From Octopus bimaculoides (Eukaryota): a DNA stretch of 64,000 bases. Each line of letters begins with the position of its first letter. Positions within the stretch are counted from its first letter, which is position 1. The DNA lies in assembly GCF_001194135.2 (NCBI RefSeq), contig NC_068981.1, positions 134,301,718 through 134,365,717 on the forward strand, read 5' to 3'. The position numbers and the translations under genes are program-made. Shown here in pieces: positions 36,826 to 51,239 of the stretch. Under the pieces are notes generated by a model that worked only from the letters and a program-made list of their open reading frames with translations, did not search any database and had not been told where the DNA came from.

Positions 36826-37996
36826 TGAGATTTTAGGGAGATTTTGCTGCTTTTTCTTGCAGACCAAGTGTCCAATTAGTCTCTCTCCTTAGCTCATATG
36901 TATTGTGTTGAGAATCAATTGGTGGGGTGTGAACTTTTGTTCATAACATTGTCATAACTTCAAACATTTTCTTATTAGAAGCTATGAAAATTGGAAAAAA
37001 AAAAATCTTTGGATGTCTATGTTAAAAGTGCAATAAAAATGAAGAATAATAATCAACTTTTTAAAGTGTTTACAGACAACCTGTGTTCCAAATAGCAGTT
37101 TAATATAGTAGACAAATCTAAAGTGTTCTTTTAAATTTATATATAGAGATGAAATATATTTTTCACCTTCTATTTATGAACAAAAGAAAGATGTTGACTT
37201 GCTATATTTTTTTTCAAGATATTTCTTTTGATGCAAGAACTAGAGAGGCTTTGTTCTCGGAGATTCATTGCGAAATAGTCAATGAAACTCTCAGATGAAA
37301 TAGCGTCTTTTTTACATGTAATCTATAATCTATTTTCTTTACACAACTTCACTCTGTATACATATGTGTCTGTAACTTACATATGCATACAACATTAATA
37401 TATTTATCTGTACATGCATACACTTGTTTCCCATAGGGTTGTATGGGAATTGCTAAGTTTCCATTTTATATTTCATCTTGTCTTTGTTAGTCGTTGAGAT
37501 ATTTTTCTAACTACAGGAAATGTTCACTTAGGAAATCAACTCATTATTATAGATTAAATAGCAACTAAAAGGAGATCATTGGGCAGTTGCAGCAGTATTA
37601 GTAGAAGCATACGTGGTTTGAAGCTGTTTAGGTTTAGCAAGATAGTGTAAGAATAATACTTTGACAGATTCAGACATGTTCAATTTTTTCATTGATTTTA
37701 AGGTATTGTATCTTTATAGCTAGCCATCTATCCTCTCTGTGTCTCTTGAAATATTCCTTTCTTCTTCATTCTTGACAAATGATATTTGTTCCATTTTCTA
37801 ACTTCAGTTTTTGGTATTATATATAACATGTATTTTATATCATCTGATGTCAAATAGGAACTGAATCATATCAAGGGTCCCCCTCCCATAAAAAATGAGG
37901 TTAACAATTCAATTTTTTTATCAGTATGATTTTTTTTTCTAAGATATTAAGTCATTATTCTATTCTAGCATTGGTTTCTTTTAGCAAATTTATATA

Positions 37997-38033
<37 letters not shown>

Positions 38034-39013
38034 CGGGCATATATTCAGAGTGTGCTAGGTATGTCCTGCACACCCATCGAAAATGACAAAATCATTATAA
38101 ATATTAACCCTTGCCCATTAGTTTAATCACAAATCTTAATGGAAAATTTTTGTTATACCCCTGCTTGAAATTTGGTGGCATTGGATGTGCTGTCACACTC
38201 AGTACAACAACCACTATATGCCNNNNNNNNNNNNNNNNNNNNNNNNNNNNNNNNNNNNNNNNNNNNNNNNNNNNNNNNNNNNNNNNNNNNNNNNNNNNNN
38301 NNNNNNNNNNNNNNNNNNNNNNNNNNNNNNNNNNNNNNNNNNNNNNNNNNNNNNNNNNNNNNNNNNNNNNNNNNNNNNNNNNNNNNNNNNNNNNNNNNNN
38401 NNNNNNNNNNNNNNNNNNNNNNNNNNNNNNNNNNNNNNNNNNNNNNNNNNNNNNNNNNNNNNNNNNNNNNNNNNNNNNNNNNNNNNNNNNNNNNNNNNNN
38501 NNNNNNNNNNNNNNNNNNNNNNNNNNNNNNNNNNNNNNNNNNNNNNNNNNNNNNNNNNNNNNNNNNNNNNNNNNNNNNNNNNNNNNNNNNNNNNNNNNNN
38601 NNNNNNNNNNNNNNNNNNNNNNNNNNNNNNNNNNNNNNNNNNNNNNNNNNNNNNNNNNNNNNNNNNNNNNNNNNNNNNNNNNNNNNNNNNNNNNNNNNNN
38701 NNNNNNNNNNNNNNNNNNNNNNNNNNNNNNNNNNNNNNNNNNNNNNNNNNNNNNNNNNNNNNATGATGATATATATTATTTAAAAGAGTTCCAACTCTGT
38801 CTGTTATTTATGTTTTATTTATATTCTTATAAAATTAATGTGGGATATAGAATATGGAATATATAATATAAATAGTAAAATGAAATGAAGTATTGAATGT
38901 CTTATTGAATATATGAAATATTGAGTATTAAATATATATAAGGACTAGTATACTTTCCTGCTTAATAGCAGTCATCAAGGTCCCATCTGACAGATGTACT
39001 GTGTGTGTGTATG

Positions 39014-39055
<42 letters not shown>

Positions 39056-39061
39056 TTTGAA

Positions 39062-39260
39062 AGAAAAAGTTGGCAAGCTTGCAGTCATCTGACAGAATTG
39101 CAGTTCTTCCAGCTCTTTATGTTCTGAGTTCAAATCCTGCCAAAGTTATCTTTGCTTTTCATCTCTTCAGTGTTGATAAAATAAAGTACCTTTTAAAAAG
39201 TGGAGGGTTGGGGTTATTAAATCAACTACCCTTCTCCCTTCAAAATTTCTGGCTTGAACT
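39062..39260 (+). mobile_element. SINE-M, diverged
   Basis: ggcaagcttgcag...gttctgagttcaaatcc...gataaaataaagtacc. Confidence 0.6.
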
Positions 39261-39829
39261 CTGCAATGGAGAAGCATCCCATTCAGGTGATGGGGAATAT
39301 GATCTTGTTCGCTTATACATCACGAAAACTGGGTAACTGGCATGATGAGTCTTATGATATAGATAGAAAGATAGTCAGATAGCTACAGTTTTTTGAGCAA
39401 TTGTTTTTATTGCTTGACTCTTTTCCAGTCAGCTGTGAATGTAGGCAAACTGAAGCAAGTTTGCCTAGATTGCTCAGAGGCATATCATTGTGGATCATTT
39501 ATTATTCAGACTGTGTAAGGTTAAGGCACTAGGGTTTGTGGTCATAAGTTCAAATCTTGCTAGAACCGTTGTGTAAGGTGTGTCATTTTATGCATTCCAG
39601 TTTACCGAAGTGATTAATAACTAGAATGACTTCTACTTCACTGTTGTGTGGTTATGTGGTTAGTTACAGGAAGGGAAGTAGACATCACTAATAAATGTTT
39701 CAGCAAAACTTTCATTTCAACTATGGGAGCATAAGGGAAAATAAAAAGATTCATTGCATATGCTAGCTTTAAATGTGTTTGAGTTTAGACTATCCTAATA
39801 CAACATTGCTGTAGTTCCTGATCTTTTAT

Positions 39830-40200
39830 CTTTTACATGTTTCATTCATTGAACTACAGCCATGATGAGTACAACTTTCAAGGGTTTAGTTAAACAAGTT
39901 GACCCCAGTACTGAATTTTAGTCTTGTACTTACATTATTAGCCTATTTTGCTGAACTGCTAAATTATTAGGGCATAAAAAAATCCACACTGGTTGTCAAG
40001 TGGCTGGAATTGAGGAAATACAAACACACACACACACACATATATATACATATATGATGGACTTCCACAAAGTTTCCATGTACCAAATTCACTCACAAGA
40101 CATTGGTCAGCTAAAGGTTATAGCAGAGGACATTTTCCCAATGTCCCACACTGTGAGACTGACCCTGTACGGTTAAGAAGCTTGCAAAGCTGTCATGTCT
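39830..40200 (-). mobile_element. SINE-A with tail B
   Basis: Reverse-complement modules. Confidence 0.7.
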
Positions 40201-40224
40201 GTACATACTTGTGATAAAAATATT

Positions 40225-40435
40225 CTTTCCTACTCCAGGCACAAGGCCCGAAATTTTTGGGGAGGGGGCCAAAATTAGATTGACCCCAGTACACAACTGG
40301 TACTTAATCTATCAACCCCAAAAGGATGAAAGGCAAAGTTGACCTTGGCGGAATTTGAACTCAGAATGTAAAGACAGACGAAATACTGCTAAGCATTTCG
40401 TCCAGCGTGCTAACGTCTCTGTCAGCTTGCCTCCT
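40225..40435 (-). mobile_element. SINE-M
   Basis: TSD ttgtgataaaa(a)tatt at 40209-40224 and 40436-40450. Confidence 0.85.
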
Positions 40436-40998
40436 TTGTGATAAAATATTGCAACTTCTCTAGATAGGATACGTTTTTGTGAAAACTCTGCTGTGAGAAA
40501 TGATTCTCTTAAACTTTTGATCCCAAGCTACCTGAATCCATTTTTGATACTAAATTACAAACTTACGGTTTTAAAGGGATCACAATTAAAACCTCCCTTC
40601 AAAATTTCATGTTAAATTTTTAATGTTCCAAACACCAGCTCAATAATAACAAAGTATTTCTACCAAATTCTTCAGACGCAGGCATAGCTGTGTGGTTAAG
40701 AAGCTTCCAACCATGTAGTTTCAAGTTCAGTCACACTGTGCAGCACCTTGAGCAAGAGTCTTCTACTATAGTCCCAGGCTTGCCTTGTGGATAATTTCAA
40801 TAGATAGAAACTGTGTGAAAGCTGTGGTGGCAGCTGATGAAGGGGATGTTTCTATGTGGCCTGCTTGTTTGTTGCACCTTGTTTACCATTTTGTCCATGT
40901 TCTTTTGCCACGTCATGTACCCAGTTATGTATCTATATATACATGTGGATGAAGGTATATGCATACATGTACATATATATGCATATACTCATATATTG

Positions 40999-41031
<33 letters not shown>

Positions 41032-42265
41032 NNNNNNNNNNNNNNNNNNNNNNNNNNNNNNNNNNNNNNNNNNNNNNNNNNNNNNNNNNNNNNNNNNNNN
41101 NNNNNNNNNNNNNNNNNNNNNNNNNNNNNNNNNNNNNNNNNNNNNNNNNNNNNNNNNNNNNNNNNNNNNNNNNNNNNNNNNNNNNNNNNNNNNNNNNNNN
41201 NNNNNNNNNNNNNNNNNNNNNNNNNNNNNNNNNNNNNNNNNNNNNNNNNNNNNNNNNNNNNNNNNNNATAAAAAAATAACTATACCAATACATTATATTG
41301 TCTTTGAGCTTTTGAAGTTCAATGGTAGTTCATGTATATAATGGTTGGAAAAATAAGGATGCATGAGAATTGAGAGTTGTGTTAGGTTTAAAAAAAGGGT
41401 TAAAAGTTTGTGTTAAGCAGGAAGTGTGGTGCCAAAACAGGAAGTGTGTGTAAACTTTCTGTTGAAAAAGAGTTCATAACTCCAACTAAAAACATTTGTC
41501 TCCCCTTACACACACTTCCTATTTATAAGCACAGAGGTTAGTTTTTTTTGTTTTTTGTTTTTTTTTACTAAAAACTTTCAAGCTGATACCACAACATGGC
41601 TGCAGTCCAGTGAATGAATCAAGTAAAAGATAAAATGTTATTTTCAAAATAAATTGAAACCAAGTTAGTGAATTTCAACCAAAATGTGGCAACAGACCCA
41701 ACAAGGTTTAGTACAGTCGATCTTCTGCTTAATTTATTGCTTGTTAGTGTTTAAGAGGAAAACATGAATGGACAGAGAATTCCAGGTGGTTACAATCTCA
41801 GAAGAATTAGACATGTTTAAGACAGGTCAATGAGAGCAACAAATAGAGAAATTAATGCACTGAGGTGATTTATGTTGGGACTTTATATAACTTCAAGCTG
41901 TTAAGTTAGGTAACTAATATGGGAGTTAACACTCCTGCATTTCATACTTAAACCAAAGTCTTGTTGTACAAGTCTTTATTAGAGTATAGAAAGTCATAAA
42001 AGTAACTATGTTGCATAGAAATTCATTATATTCCATTTGATTTTATGTCCATTTTTCCAGGCAGGCATGAGTCAGATGAATATATTAATGAGGTGTTGTT
42101 TTACAGCCAGATGTCCTTCCTGTCTCTAATTCTTACTGACTTTATAAGTAAAGGATCTCTTGTTCTACATGTCTTCAAAGGTTCAAGGGCAGCAGACAGG
42201 AAATAATAAAAACATCTCTGCTCTTATCTCAGGAATTTTCAGAGAAGTGCAAATGCAAATGCGCG

Positions 42266-42312
<47 letters not shown>

Positions 42313-42930
42313 NNNNNNNNNNNNNNNNNNNNNNNNNNNNNNNNNNNNNNNNNNNNNNNNNNNNNNNNNNNNNNNNNNNNNNNNNNNNNNNNNNNNNNNN
42401 NNNNNNNNNNNNNNNNNNNNNNNNNNNNNNNNNNNNNNNNNNNNNNNNNNNNNNNNNNNNNNNNNNNNNNNNNNNNNNNNNNNNNNNNNNNNNNNNNNNN
42501 NNNNNNNNNNNNNNNNNNNNNNNNNNNNNNNNNNNNNNNNNNNNNNNNNNNNNNNNNNNNNNNNNNNNNNNNNNNNNNNNNNNNNNNNNNNNNNNNNNNN
42601 NNNNNNNNNNNNNNNNNNNNNNNNNNNNNNNNNNNNNNNNNNNNNNNNNNNNNNNNNNNNNNNNNNNNNNNNNNNNNNNNNNNNNNNNNNNNNNNNNNNN
42701 NNNNNNNNNNNNNNNNNNNNNNNNNNNNNNNNNNNNNNNNNNNNNNNNNNNNNNNNNNNNNNNNNNNNNNNNNNNNNNNNNNNNNNNNNNNNNNNNNNNN
42801 NNNNNNNNNNNNNNNNNNNNNNNNNNNNNNNNNNNNNNNNNNNNNNNNNNNNNNNNNNNNNNNNNNNNNNNNNNNNNNNNNNNNNNNNNNNNNNNNNNNN
42901 NNNNNNNNNNNNNNNNNNNNNNNNNNNNNN

Positions 42931-43150
42931 TATATATATATATATGTTTGTGTGTCTGTGCTTGTCCCCCCAACATCACTTGACAACCGATGGTGGTGTG
43001 TTTACGTCCCCGTAACTTAGTGGTTCGGCAAAAGAGACCGATAGAATAAGTACTAGGCTTCCAAAGAATAAGTCCTTGGGTCGATTTGCTCGACTAAAGG
43101 CGGTGCTCCAGCATGGCCACAGTCAAATGACTGAAACATGTAAAAGAGTA
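42931..43150 (+). mobile_element. SINE-A tail B, low divergence, after a gap
   Basis: Near-identical to 1060-1260. Confidence 0.8.
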
Positions 43151-44004
43151 AAAGTGTATATGTTTGGAATCCATATCTTTCGGCCAGCCACTGTAAGATC
43201 CACAGCTCACACCAGCCTTAACCTGATTTTGCTGATGAGAAACAGTTGTAACTCATGAGTAGCTTGAAAAGGATAATAAGACAAGCAAGCAGCCTTCATG
43301 ATTATGCACTCTCACACCTTCAAATGGAAATCTGGAAGGTGGCATCTTAGGAGGGCAGTCATGATCATCAGCTATCAACAGGGAGAAGGAGAGAGAGAGA
43401 AATAGACAGACAGATCAAGTTTATTGGAGAAAAAAAGACAATTGTTTCAGTATTATGAGACAAAAGAACTTAGCTGTAATGTTGGCTGGGGGTTTAGGCC
43501 CAAGTTAACTCCTTAATTAAAGGCATTGCACATAGTCCATCCCTAAATTATTATGCATGTTGAGCAAGTTATCTAATATTTTCTTTTTTATGTATTAGTA
43601 CATGTAATGTGAGACATATTTTGGTTGCTATCTCTAGCAGGTTGGGTGGGTGATCATATAGGACTTGGAGGTATATATGCTGTTGGTGACTGTAGGATCG
43701 GTTAACAAGTAGATAATTAGTCTTTTCTTTTTTTAAACTCTCTTTCTGTTTGTGCATGTGTGTTTGCTTCCAAAACATGTTAGCAGCACTCTGTTTAGTG
43801 TGTATATTCTCTTTGTGTAGAGTTATCAGCTGTTCAGGGTTACATTATTTACTGACTCCATGGAAAGAGAGGGGAGCCTGATATTTGATGAACAATTTAG
43901 GCTATGTGAAAGATGGCTGTAGTTTCAGCTGTGTCTTATTTGTGCTACCTTAAGATATGTATTAGCTTTGCTATAATAGTATTGATTATTACTAGACTGA
44001 ATAT

Positions 44005-44130
44005 ATTAAAATATATTACTACTAATAATTAAAATATATTACTACTAATAATTAAAATATATTACTTTAATGCATTAAAATATATTACTACTAATAATAT
44101 ATATTTTAATACATTAAAATATATTACTAA
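44005..44130. repeat. AT-rich minisatellite, unit about 23 bp (attaaaatatattactactaata), about 5 partly truncated copies
   Basis: Direct reading. Confidence 0.8.
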
Positions 44131-44559
44131 AGGTTTGCACATCAAACTTCAAAATTTATAACTCAAATAATTATCAAGGTGGTACTCCAGCATGGCCACA
44201 GTCCATTAACTGAAGCAATATTTGTTTTATAAATACTGAAATCTGCCCATTTTAGGATTATTCTCTGAGAAACACATTGCCTTTTATGTATGTACCTGTC
44301 TTTGAATACTCTTCAAACAGGAGTACTTAGAATACTGTGTACTCCTATCACTCCTCTCTGTATCACATATCTCTCCAATCACTGTCATTCATGCCTCTAT
44401 CACTAATGCTTCTCACTCAGCAAAAAGGCTGGTAAGCAAGCAGAGATGTAGGGTTGTGAGGTTCCTTTAGTCATGTGAAGTATATATCTACCTCTCTAGT
44501 GTTGGTGTCATGAAAAGTGCACTGTTAAAAGTGAGGTTGTGAAGGTTTTATTGGCTTGT

Positions 44560-44795
44560 TGAGGACATGACACCTCTCTAGTGCTGGTGCCATTATATAA
44601 AGCATCCAGTACTATCAGTAGAGTGGTTTTTGTTTGGAAGGACATGCCACCATAGAAACCAAACCAAAAACAAAACATGACTGAGATAAAATCCCCCCAG
44701 ATATAGGAATAGTACCCCTCATATACATGCTGACTCTGACCGTGGCAAGCCGTCCAACATGGAAAGCAAATTTAAAACATTGAAAATGATGAAAC
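44560..44795 (+). mobile_element. SINE-V, diverged
   Basis: gttggaaggacatgccaccatagaaacc...ccgtccaacatggaaagc. Confidence 0.5.
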
Positions 44796-46499
44796 AATAT
44801 TCGATTTGCATGTATTTTTGGAGGTGTATTGTAAAGTAATTAAGTACATCTATTCTTTAGCCATAATATTATTTTTAGGTTGAATTTTTTTTTTTTTTTT
44901 GTTATCCTTCTGCAACTATTATGCTGTGTCCCTAAGCAAAAGTCACGACGCTAATTGTTCCTGAGTAAAATTTGTAATCTGCATAAATTGCTGAAGATCT
45001 ACATTAGCACTAATGATAATACTAATTAAAGAAGAGTTTGTTGAGTATCAATAAGTTTCATTGCTGCAAGATTATTCTACATCAAAGGAGGACCATAGCA
45101 TAAAAAATATCAGCTTTTACCACTCCTCATGGCTAATGAACTTACTGACACTAACAAACTCTCCCAGGTTTACATGTTTTGGTTTGCTCAAATAACATTA
45201 AACTGCGAAAAAAGAAAAAGAGCATAAGGAAACTAATGATAGCCTGTATAGACAGAAATAATTTAATAAAATTTGTAAATTTAGATAAGCTTCTTGAAAT
45301 TTAAAAAACAAAAATTCTCTGAAGATTTCTGCTCCAGACATCAGTATTCATGTCTGAACAGTCTAAATTTGTAAACTTAACTTTAAAGAGGTTCCAATCT
45401 TTTTGCAGTAATTATTCTAAGTGAATATGGTTTGTGTTAAGACTACAGATATAGGTCATTCATTCATTTATGTTGTATGTAAATTGTAGTTGGTATATGG
45501 TATTTCAGTCTGAAGAGAAACATACTAATTAATTAGAAAAAGTGGATATGTATTGTGATGTAGAACATATTTAGGATAATGTTTTATGATTAGCCACAAG
45601 AGTTTTCATGTGGTAATATGCATTTCTAAGGCTACATTTAGTGTTTCACAAATTGAATCAAAGGAAATAATTGAAGTACGAGTTCATACAAGTAACTGAT
45701 CATACTGATTAGAAATAAATAGTGCTCAACATCATTTTAACAAAAGGAAATATTTTAAGCTGAAATTTACAAGACTATGATTTGAGAAGTTTCTTGTAAG
45801 TTTTATTTTAAGTATGTTCAAGTAAGATTGTATTAGTAAACAAGATAATACAATGCATCAGAATGCAATATGAAGTAGTTTTCCTCTAGCAATTTGCAAT
45901 ATTAATGCAAATTGCTACAGGATTAACTATGGAGGCCTCAAAGTGATGCGTCAAATTTTGAAATTTATTTCATAAAATAAATAAACATTATTTTGTAAAA
46001 TAAAGAGAGAATAAAGTGAGCTTGATTATGATGCTGTTTGTTTTTTTGCACCAGGATATAGAATTACATATGTAAAATTTATTACGTGGCAATTAACAAA
46101 GCACAAACTGTTGTAAATAGCATTTAGTGACATTGGGAATGCCTTGGACAAAGTTCCATGCTCTGCATTGTACTGACCACTAAGAAAACAAAGTGTTAAT
46201 CAATGACTTCTGGTAGTGTTTTCAAGCCATATTAGCATAAGCTGAATGTTCAGTAAGAAATTTAGTGTACAGATATGTGTTCACTAGGCTCTGTCCATAG
46301 CTCTTGTTTATTCTAGATAATAGGACAATGCTGCCAATTCAGGATGGTTTGTTTAGGGAGAAATTTATAACTTCTGGCCTAGTTTTCATAATATGAACAA
46401 AAGTTCAAACACCTAAACATCAGCATTTCAAAGACCTAAGAGTTAGTTAGTAAGAGGAGGAGGAGAGAACAATATCCCAATGACATTTGGAAAGTAGCC

Positions 46500-46537
<38 letters not shown>

Positions 46538-46750
46538 GTTAATGTCTGCTTTTCTATGCTTGCACGAGTTAGATGGAATTTGTTGAGAGCTAAGTTTTCT
46601 ATGGCTGGATGCCCTTCCTGTTGCCAACCATCACCTGTTTCCAAGTAGGGTAATATTTTTCCATGGCCAGACATGTTTGCACAAAAGATTTGAAATGAAG
46701 AACACCTGCATACAACTGTCATGTGATGTCAAAGCAAGGGGACAGTGACA

Positions 46751-46822
<72 letters not shown>

Positions 46823-46826
46823 TATA

Positions 46827-47398
46827 CAGAGTGGCCCAAAAGTAGGCTTACAGTTATTCAACTATCTCTTTCGCATTCATATATTAACAGTTTAGATCAT
46901 AATTATAAAAAAATATGAAACTATTATTCTGTGTTATAAAATTTTTTAAAAGAAATTTAAAATGCCTACATGATAACTGTAAACCTACTTTTGGGCCACC
47001 CTGTTGTTGGCACTCCGTCGTTTACGATGTCGACGGTTCCAGTTGATCTGATCAACGGAACAGCCTGCTCGTAAAATTAACGTGCAAGTGGCTGAACACT
47101 CCACAGACACATGTACCCTTAACGTAGTTCTCGGAGATATTCAGCGTGACACAGTGTGACAAGGCTGGCCCTTTGAATTACAGGCACAACTGAAACAGGA
47201 AGTAAGAGTAAGAGAAAGTTGTGGTGAAAGAGTAAAGCAGGGTTCGCCACCATACCCTGCCGGAGCCTCGTGGAGCTTCAGGTGTTTTCGCTCAATAAAC
47301 ACTCACAACGCCCGGTCTGGGAATGAAGACCGTGATCCCATGACTGCAAGTTCGCTGCCCTAACCACTGGGCCATTGCACCTCCACTGGGCCACCCTG
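46827..47398. mobile_element. Tc1/mariner-type MITE (about 180 bp plus a nested SINE)
   Basis: TA flanks at 46825-46826 and 47399-47400; TIRs cag(a/g)gtggcccaaaagtagg(c/t)ttacagtta. Confidence 0.85.
47005..47386 (-). mobile_element. Young SINE-R variant
   Basis: Perfect 13-bp TSD tgggccaccctgt at 46992-47004 and 47387-47399; tRNA head; CpG-rich; aca tail. Confidence 0.9.
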
Positions 47399-49109
47399 TA
47401 TATACACACATACACACTCACACAATGGGCTTTGCCCAAAACCATGTAGTTGGAAAGCAAACTTCTTACCATACAGCAATACTTGATCCTATCTAGGAAT
47501 TTGGTATTTTGTATTGCTTTTGCTGTATAGCTTCAGGTCAATCATGACTTATCAAGTCTGTGATTAAAGGCTTTCCAACTATAAAACCATTCCTTGTTAA
47601 TTCATTTAAAGTTTTTTATTGTTAATTCTTTTTTGTGTATCAGGAATTACAGTCTGGTATGTTCCTCAGTTTTAAAGAAATAGAGATTGAGGGATAGTTT
47701 TAGCAGTTTAAGCAACTGCAGAGAGATTCCTTCACTGGTTTGACGATTAATGAGTGAGCAAAATATGTATATAAAAAGGAGCAGTGAGATCTCTGTCAGC
47801 TAACAAAGAAGCAGAACTTAAAATATGATCAATGCATATGAGTTGTTAGTTGTAGAAGTACCTCTGAAATAAGTTCTTTGACCTGTTCAGGAAGCTTGCT
47901 AGAAATTTAAACGACAAAAGAAAAGAAAAGTTTGTTGGACAGTTACTGTACTAAATGCCATAGTATGAAGACAATATCTAAAATATTGAAAATAGTAAGT
48001 CATTAGAAGACTAAATGCCTTGAGAGTGAATTTGGTGGATGGAAGCTATATTAAGCTTGTTGTGTGTGTGTGTGTAAATGTACATGAATTTTGATTTTTG
48101 TTCATCATCATTGAGCAAAGTAGTGCTGATGTTAACATTCCTTGTTGATATTTTGACCAGTAGTAGCTCTGCACTTTCAAAGATCTGTGAAATATAAAAA
48201 TCCATTATCTGAAAAACAGGTGAAAGTTGGTGACAGGAATAGCATTCAGCTGTAAAATACTGTCCCAAAAATCAATTTATGTCTGAGCCTTGTTACCTTA
48301 GAAAAATAGTGCAAACAAACAAATGAATGTTTGTTTTCACCCATTTAAGACCATATTTCCAAAGGAATTATACAGTACTTATGTATTTCAATTATTTTTG
48401 TAAATAATCAAGGATTTGGTAGGATTTAATAAAATAATCAATTTCTGAGAATGTAAAGTGATTAAGAAATTGTATGAGCATTTCCATCAAACAGGCTTTC
48501 CTAAGATAATTTACAATATAAGGGATACCAAACAGTTGATCATCATAGCTATTATGACACCACCACTACCACAACCACCACCATTCATCATTATCTTAAT
48601 TGTCTACAATTATAAAAACAAAATTATCAACACCAAACATTTGTACTTTCATCTGTATTCTGCAATTCTCAAATGCATCCCAATATTCATATAAAACATG
48701 CTATGCATATGACAACACAATTACACTTAGATATAGGACTACCACATTTTTACATCCCAACTTCAATGATATCAATAAGCTTATGTCCTAATTCCAAAAT
48801 AACAAGCTAAAGAATGATAAACACTAATCTTCATTCTTTATGGTAACTGAATGACATTATTGAAAATTGAATATTTAATCTTAGCTACATGTTATTTCAC
48901 TACAGCGTAGCAAAGTTTTTCACATTGAAAATGTCTAATTAATTTCAGTTTACAAATTTTATAATCCTGTTTATTTGTTCTTCTAACTAGTATTAATGCC
49001 CCCCCCCCAAAAAAAAAATTTTTAGTTTAATATTTAAATTGAAGTTATAGTAATGACATCCATTTATCACATTGAATTCAAAAGAAATTGCTGCAGTAAA
49101 GAATATATC

Positions 49110-49445
49110 ATCACCATCATCATCATTTAACAAACATCTTTCCTCTGCTGGCATGCATCACATGGAATTTGTTGAGGCTGATTCTTCTACAGCCAGATGC
49201 CCTTCCTGTCAGTAACTCTCACCTGTATCCAAGCGAGATAATATTTTCCCATAACTAGATAGGTTTTTTTTTTTTTATAGAAAGCTGGAACAAACAACTC
49301 TGTATGGCAATGATGCTCAGTTACAACAACCATGTAATATCTAGACAATGTAACACACAAACATACACATACATATACAGTGGGCTTCTTTTTACCAAAT
49401 CCACTCACACAGCTTTGGTTGGCCTGGAGTTATAGTAGATGACGC
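49110..49445 (-). mobile_element. SINE-A with tail C
   Basis: Reverse-complement modules. Confidence 0.65.
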
Positions 49446-49582
49446 TTTTCAGATTCACACACTTTTTGTAGTGGTCCTTCAGTTTTCCTAAGTCCTGTAA
49501 AAGAAATTGGAAAGTTGAGCTTCCAACCAGGCTTTTTGCCATGCCCTTAAAGCCAGGGACTTTTCAGCACACCTTTGTGTAT
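49445..49582 (-). mobile_element. Internally deleted mariner derivative
   Basis: End caaaggtgtgctgaaaagtccctggcttt joins directly to AWLEAQLSNFF(frameshift)QDLGKLKDHYKKCVNL, cf. mariner C-terminus W...Q...FF..G..KL..RW.KC. Confidence 0.6.
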
Positions 49583-49831
49583 GTGTTTGTGTGTACTGAG
49601 AGAGAGAGAGAGAGAGAGATACACACATACAAATGTTAGATAAAGCTAGCTTAAGAATTGCAATGAAACATTCTCTGATGGGGTGACTGAATACTGAAAG
49701 TAGAATGAAATTTATTGTCAAATTTCGAGCTGCATGCAACTCCAGGTTTTGGCTGTCAGTTTATTCAACCGGATTGGTTGAGAGGCCCCAGCTGAAATTG
49801 CAGTCAACTCAAATTTTACAACACACGCACG

Positions 49832-49892
<61 letters not shown>

Positions 49893-51239
49893 CAACATAC
49901 ATTGTGTCTGGGGTTCTGTTTTTCTGTGAGGCTCCTGGAAATCATACAGTGAATGAAAACTACATTAAAATTATATTCTAAGCAAGCACACTTCATTTAC
50001 ATATGCAAGTATGTGTGCGTGCATGCATGCATGCATGAGTGTGTGTTTATCTAATTTGTTTCCAGTTCAGTTTGCTAGGGATTATTGTGTGTGTATGTGT
50101 GTGAGAGAGAGGGAGACAGAGACAGAGACAGACTGACAGACAGATAGACAAAGAGAAAGGGAAGAACTAACTTTCAACTAATGCGATTGTGGGTTTTGTC
50201 CATTCCACTAAAGAAGTATTGCTGTACTGTAACTGGGAGTGTATATATTGTTTTCAGAAGCTTAACCTGATTTCTTTTCCTTGTTAGTACTTTATACCAT
50301 ATCCTGGTATTTCTTGTGTGTTTACTTCACCTAATACTTGAAAATAAACGGAATAAAAGCAAATATCTCTTTTGTCATGACTTGTCACCGAACTTAGTTG
50401 AAATATACTTACCATTCAGGCACATTAGATTTATAAAAATGTTCAAAATAAACAGTTGGGATAGTTAGTTGTGGCTATGTATTGTGTGTGTGTGTGTGCA
50501 TTGGTGGTTGTTTGTGAAAGAAAGGAAATGTTAGTCTATATTTTTTATCAAACAATTTTTTCCTTCTACTTATGGTTTTTAAATCTCTTTGGAATAACAT
50601 CTTTTCTCATCTTTTTTTTTTTAAAGTTTTATTGAATTTAAAATTAATACTTACAAAGAAACTCCCCATCCACCACAAAAAGCAAATAAAAAAAATAAAT
50701 AATAAGCTACTAAAAATATTCAGTAATGCAATGGCATAAACAACTTTTTGATATCCCTCTATTGGCAGCTCTTACAAACTTATTCATTTTTAAAAACTTT
50801 ATTTACTCATTTTTGTTGATATAGACTTATACCATTTAACTTGGAACTTGGTCTCTTTTCTTTTTGTTTTCTTATTTACTAAACCTATTGAAGCTTTAGA
50901 TTCTACAGTAAATATATCTTTTTAATCATATCTGTTATTGTATGATTTCCATACAATATAATTTTATCTAATTTTGAAACAGATGTCTTTGCATACAAAC
51001 AAACAAAAAGTTCTCATGCACACTCATACATATGCAAAATCTTGTGAATTCATACACACAGAACAGCTTGTGTATACATACTTACACATATATTCCTCAT
51101 ATTTGTTGGCGGCATTGTTTTATTAACATAATTTTTATGTTTGGATGAGTGTTTAAAAACAAATTAAATATTTATAATAACTATTCAGAAGATGAAAATT
51201 CCCAATAGTATCTTAATAAATGGAACTGCAGTGACCTTT

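Larger units (their letters stand above)
46503..47475 (-). mobile_element. SINE-A with tail C, hosting two nested insertions
   Basis: (cat)n and tail C at 46503-46750, (CA)n hinge, head remnant at 47400-47475. Confidence 0.7.

Noticed and set aside
38111-43020. Long ORFs of 120-290 aa
   Set aside because: They are open only because they run through N gaps (also 10052 and 62716).
47644-47656. 13-nt microexon candidate with donor gtatgt
   Set aside because: No independent support.
49674-49710. CTGATGG-stem-GAAA hammerhead-like motif
   Set aside because: A9 is substituted, and there is no valid cleavage triplet or stem I/III.
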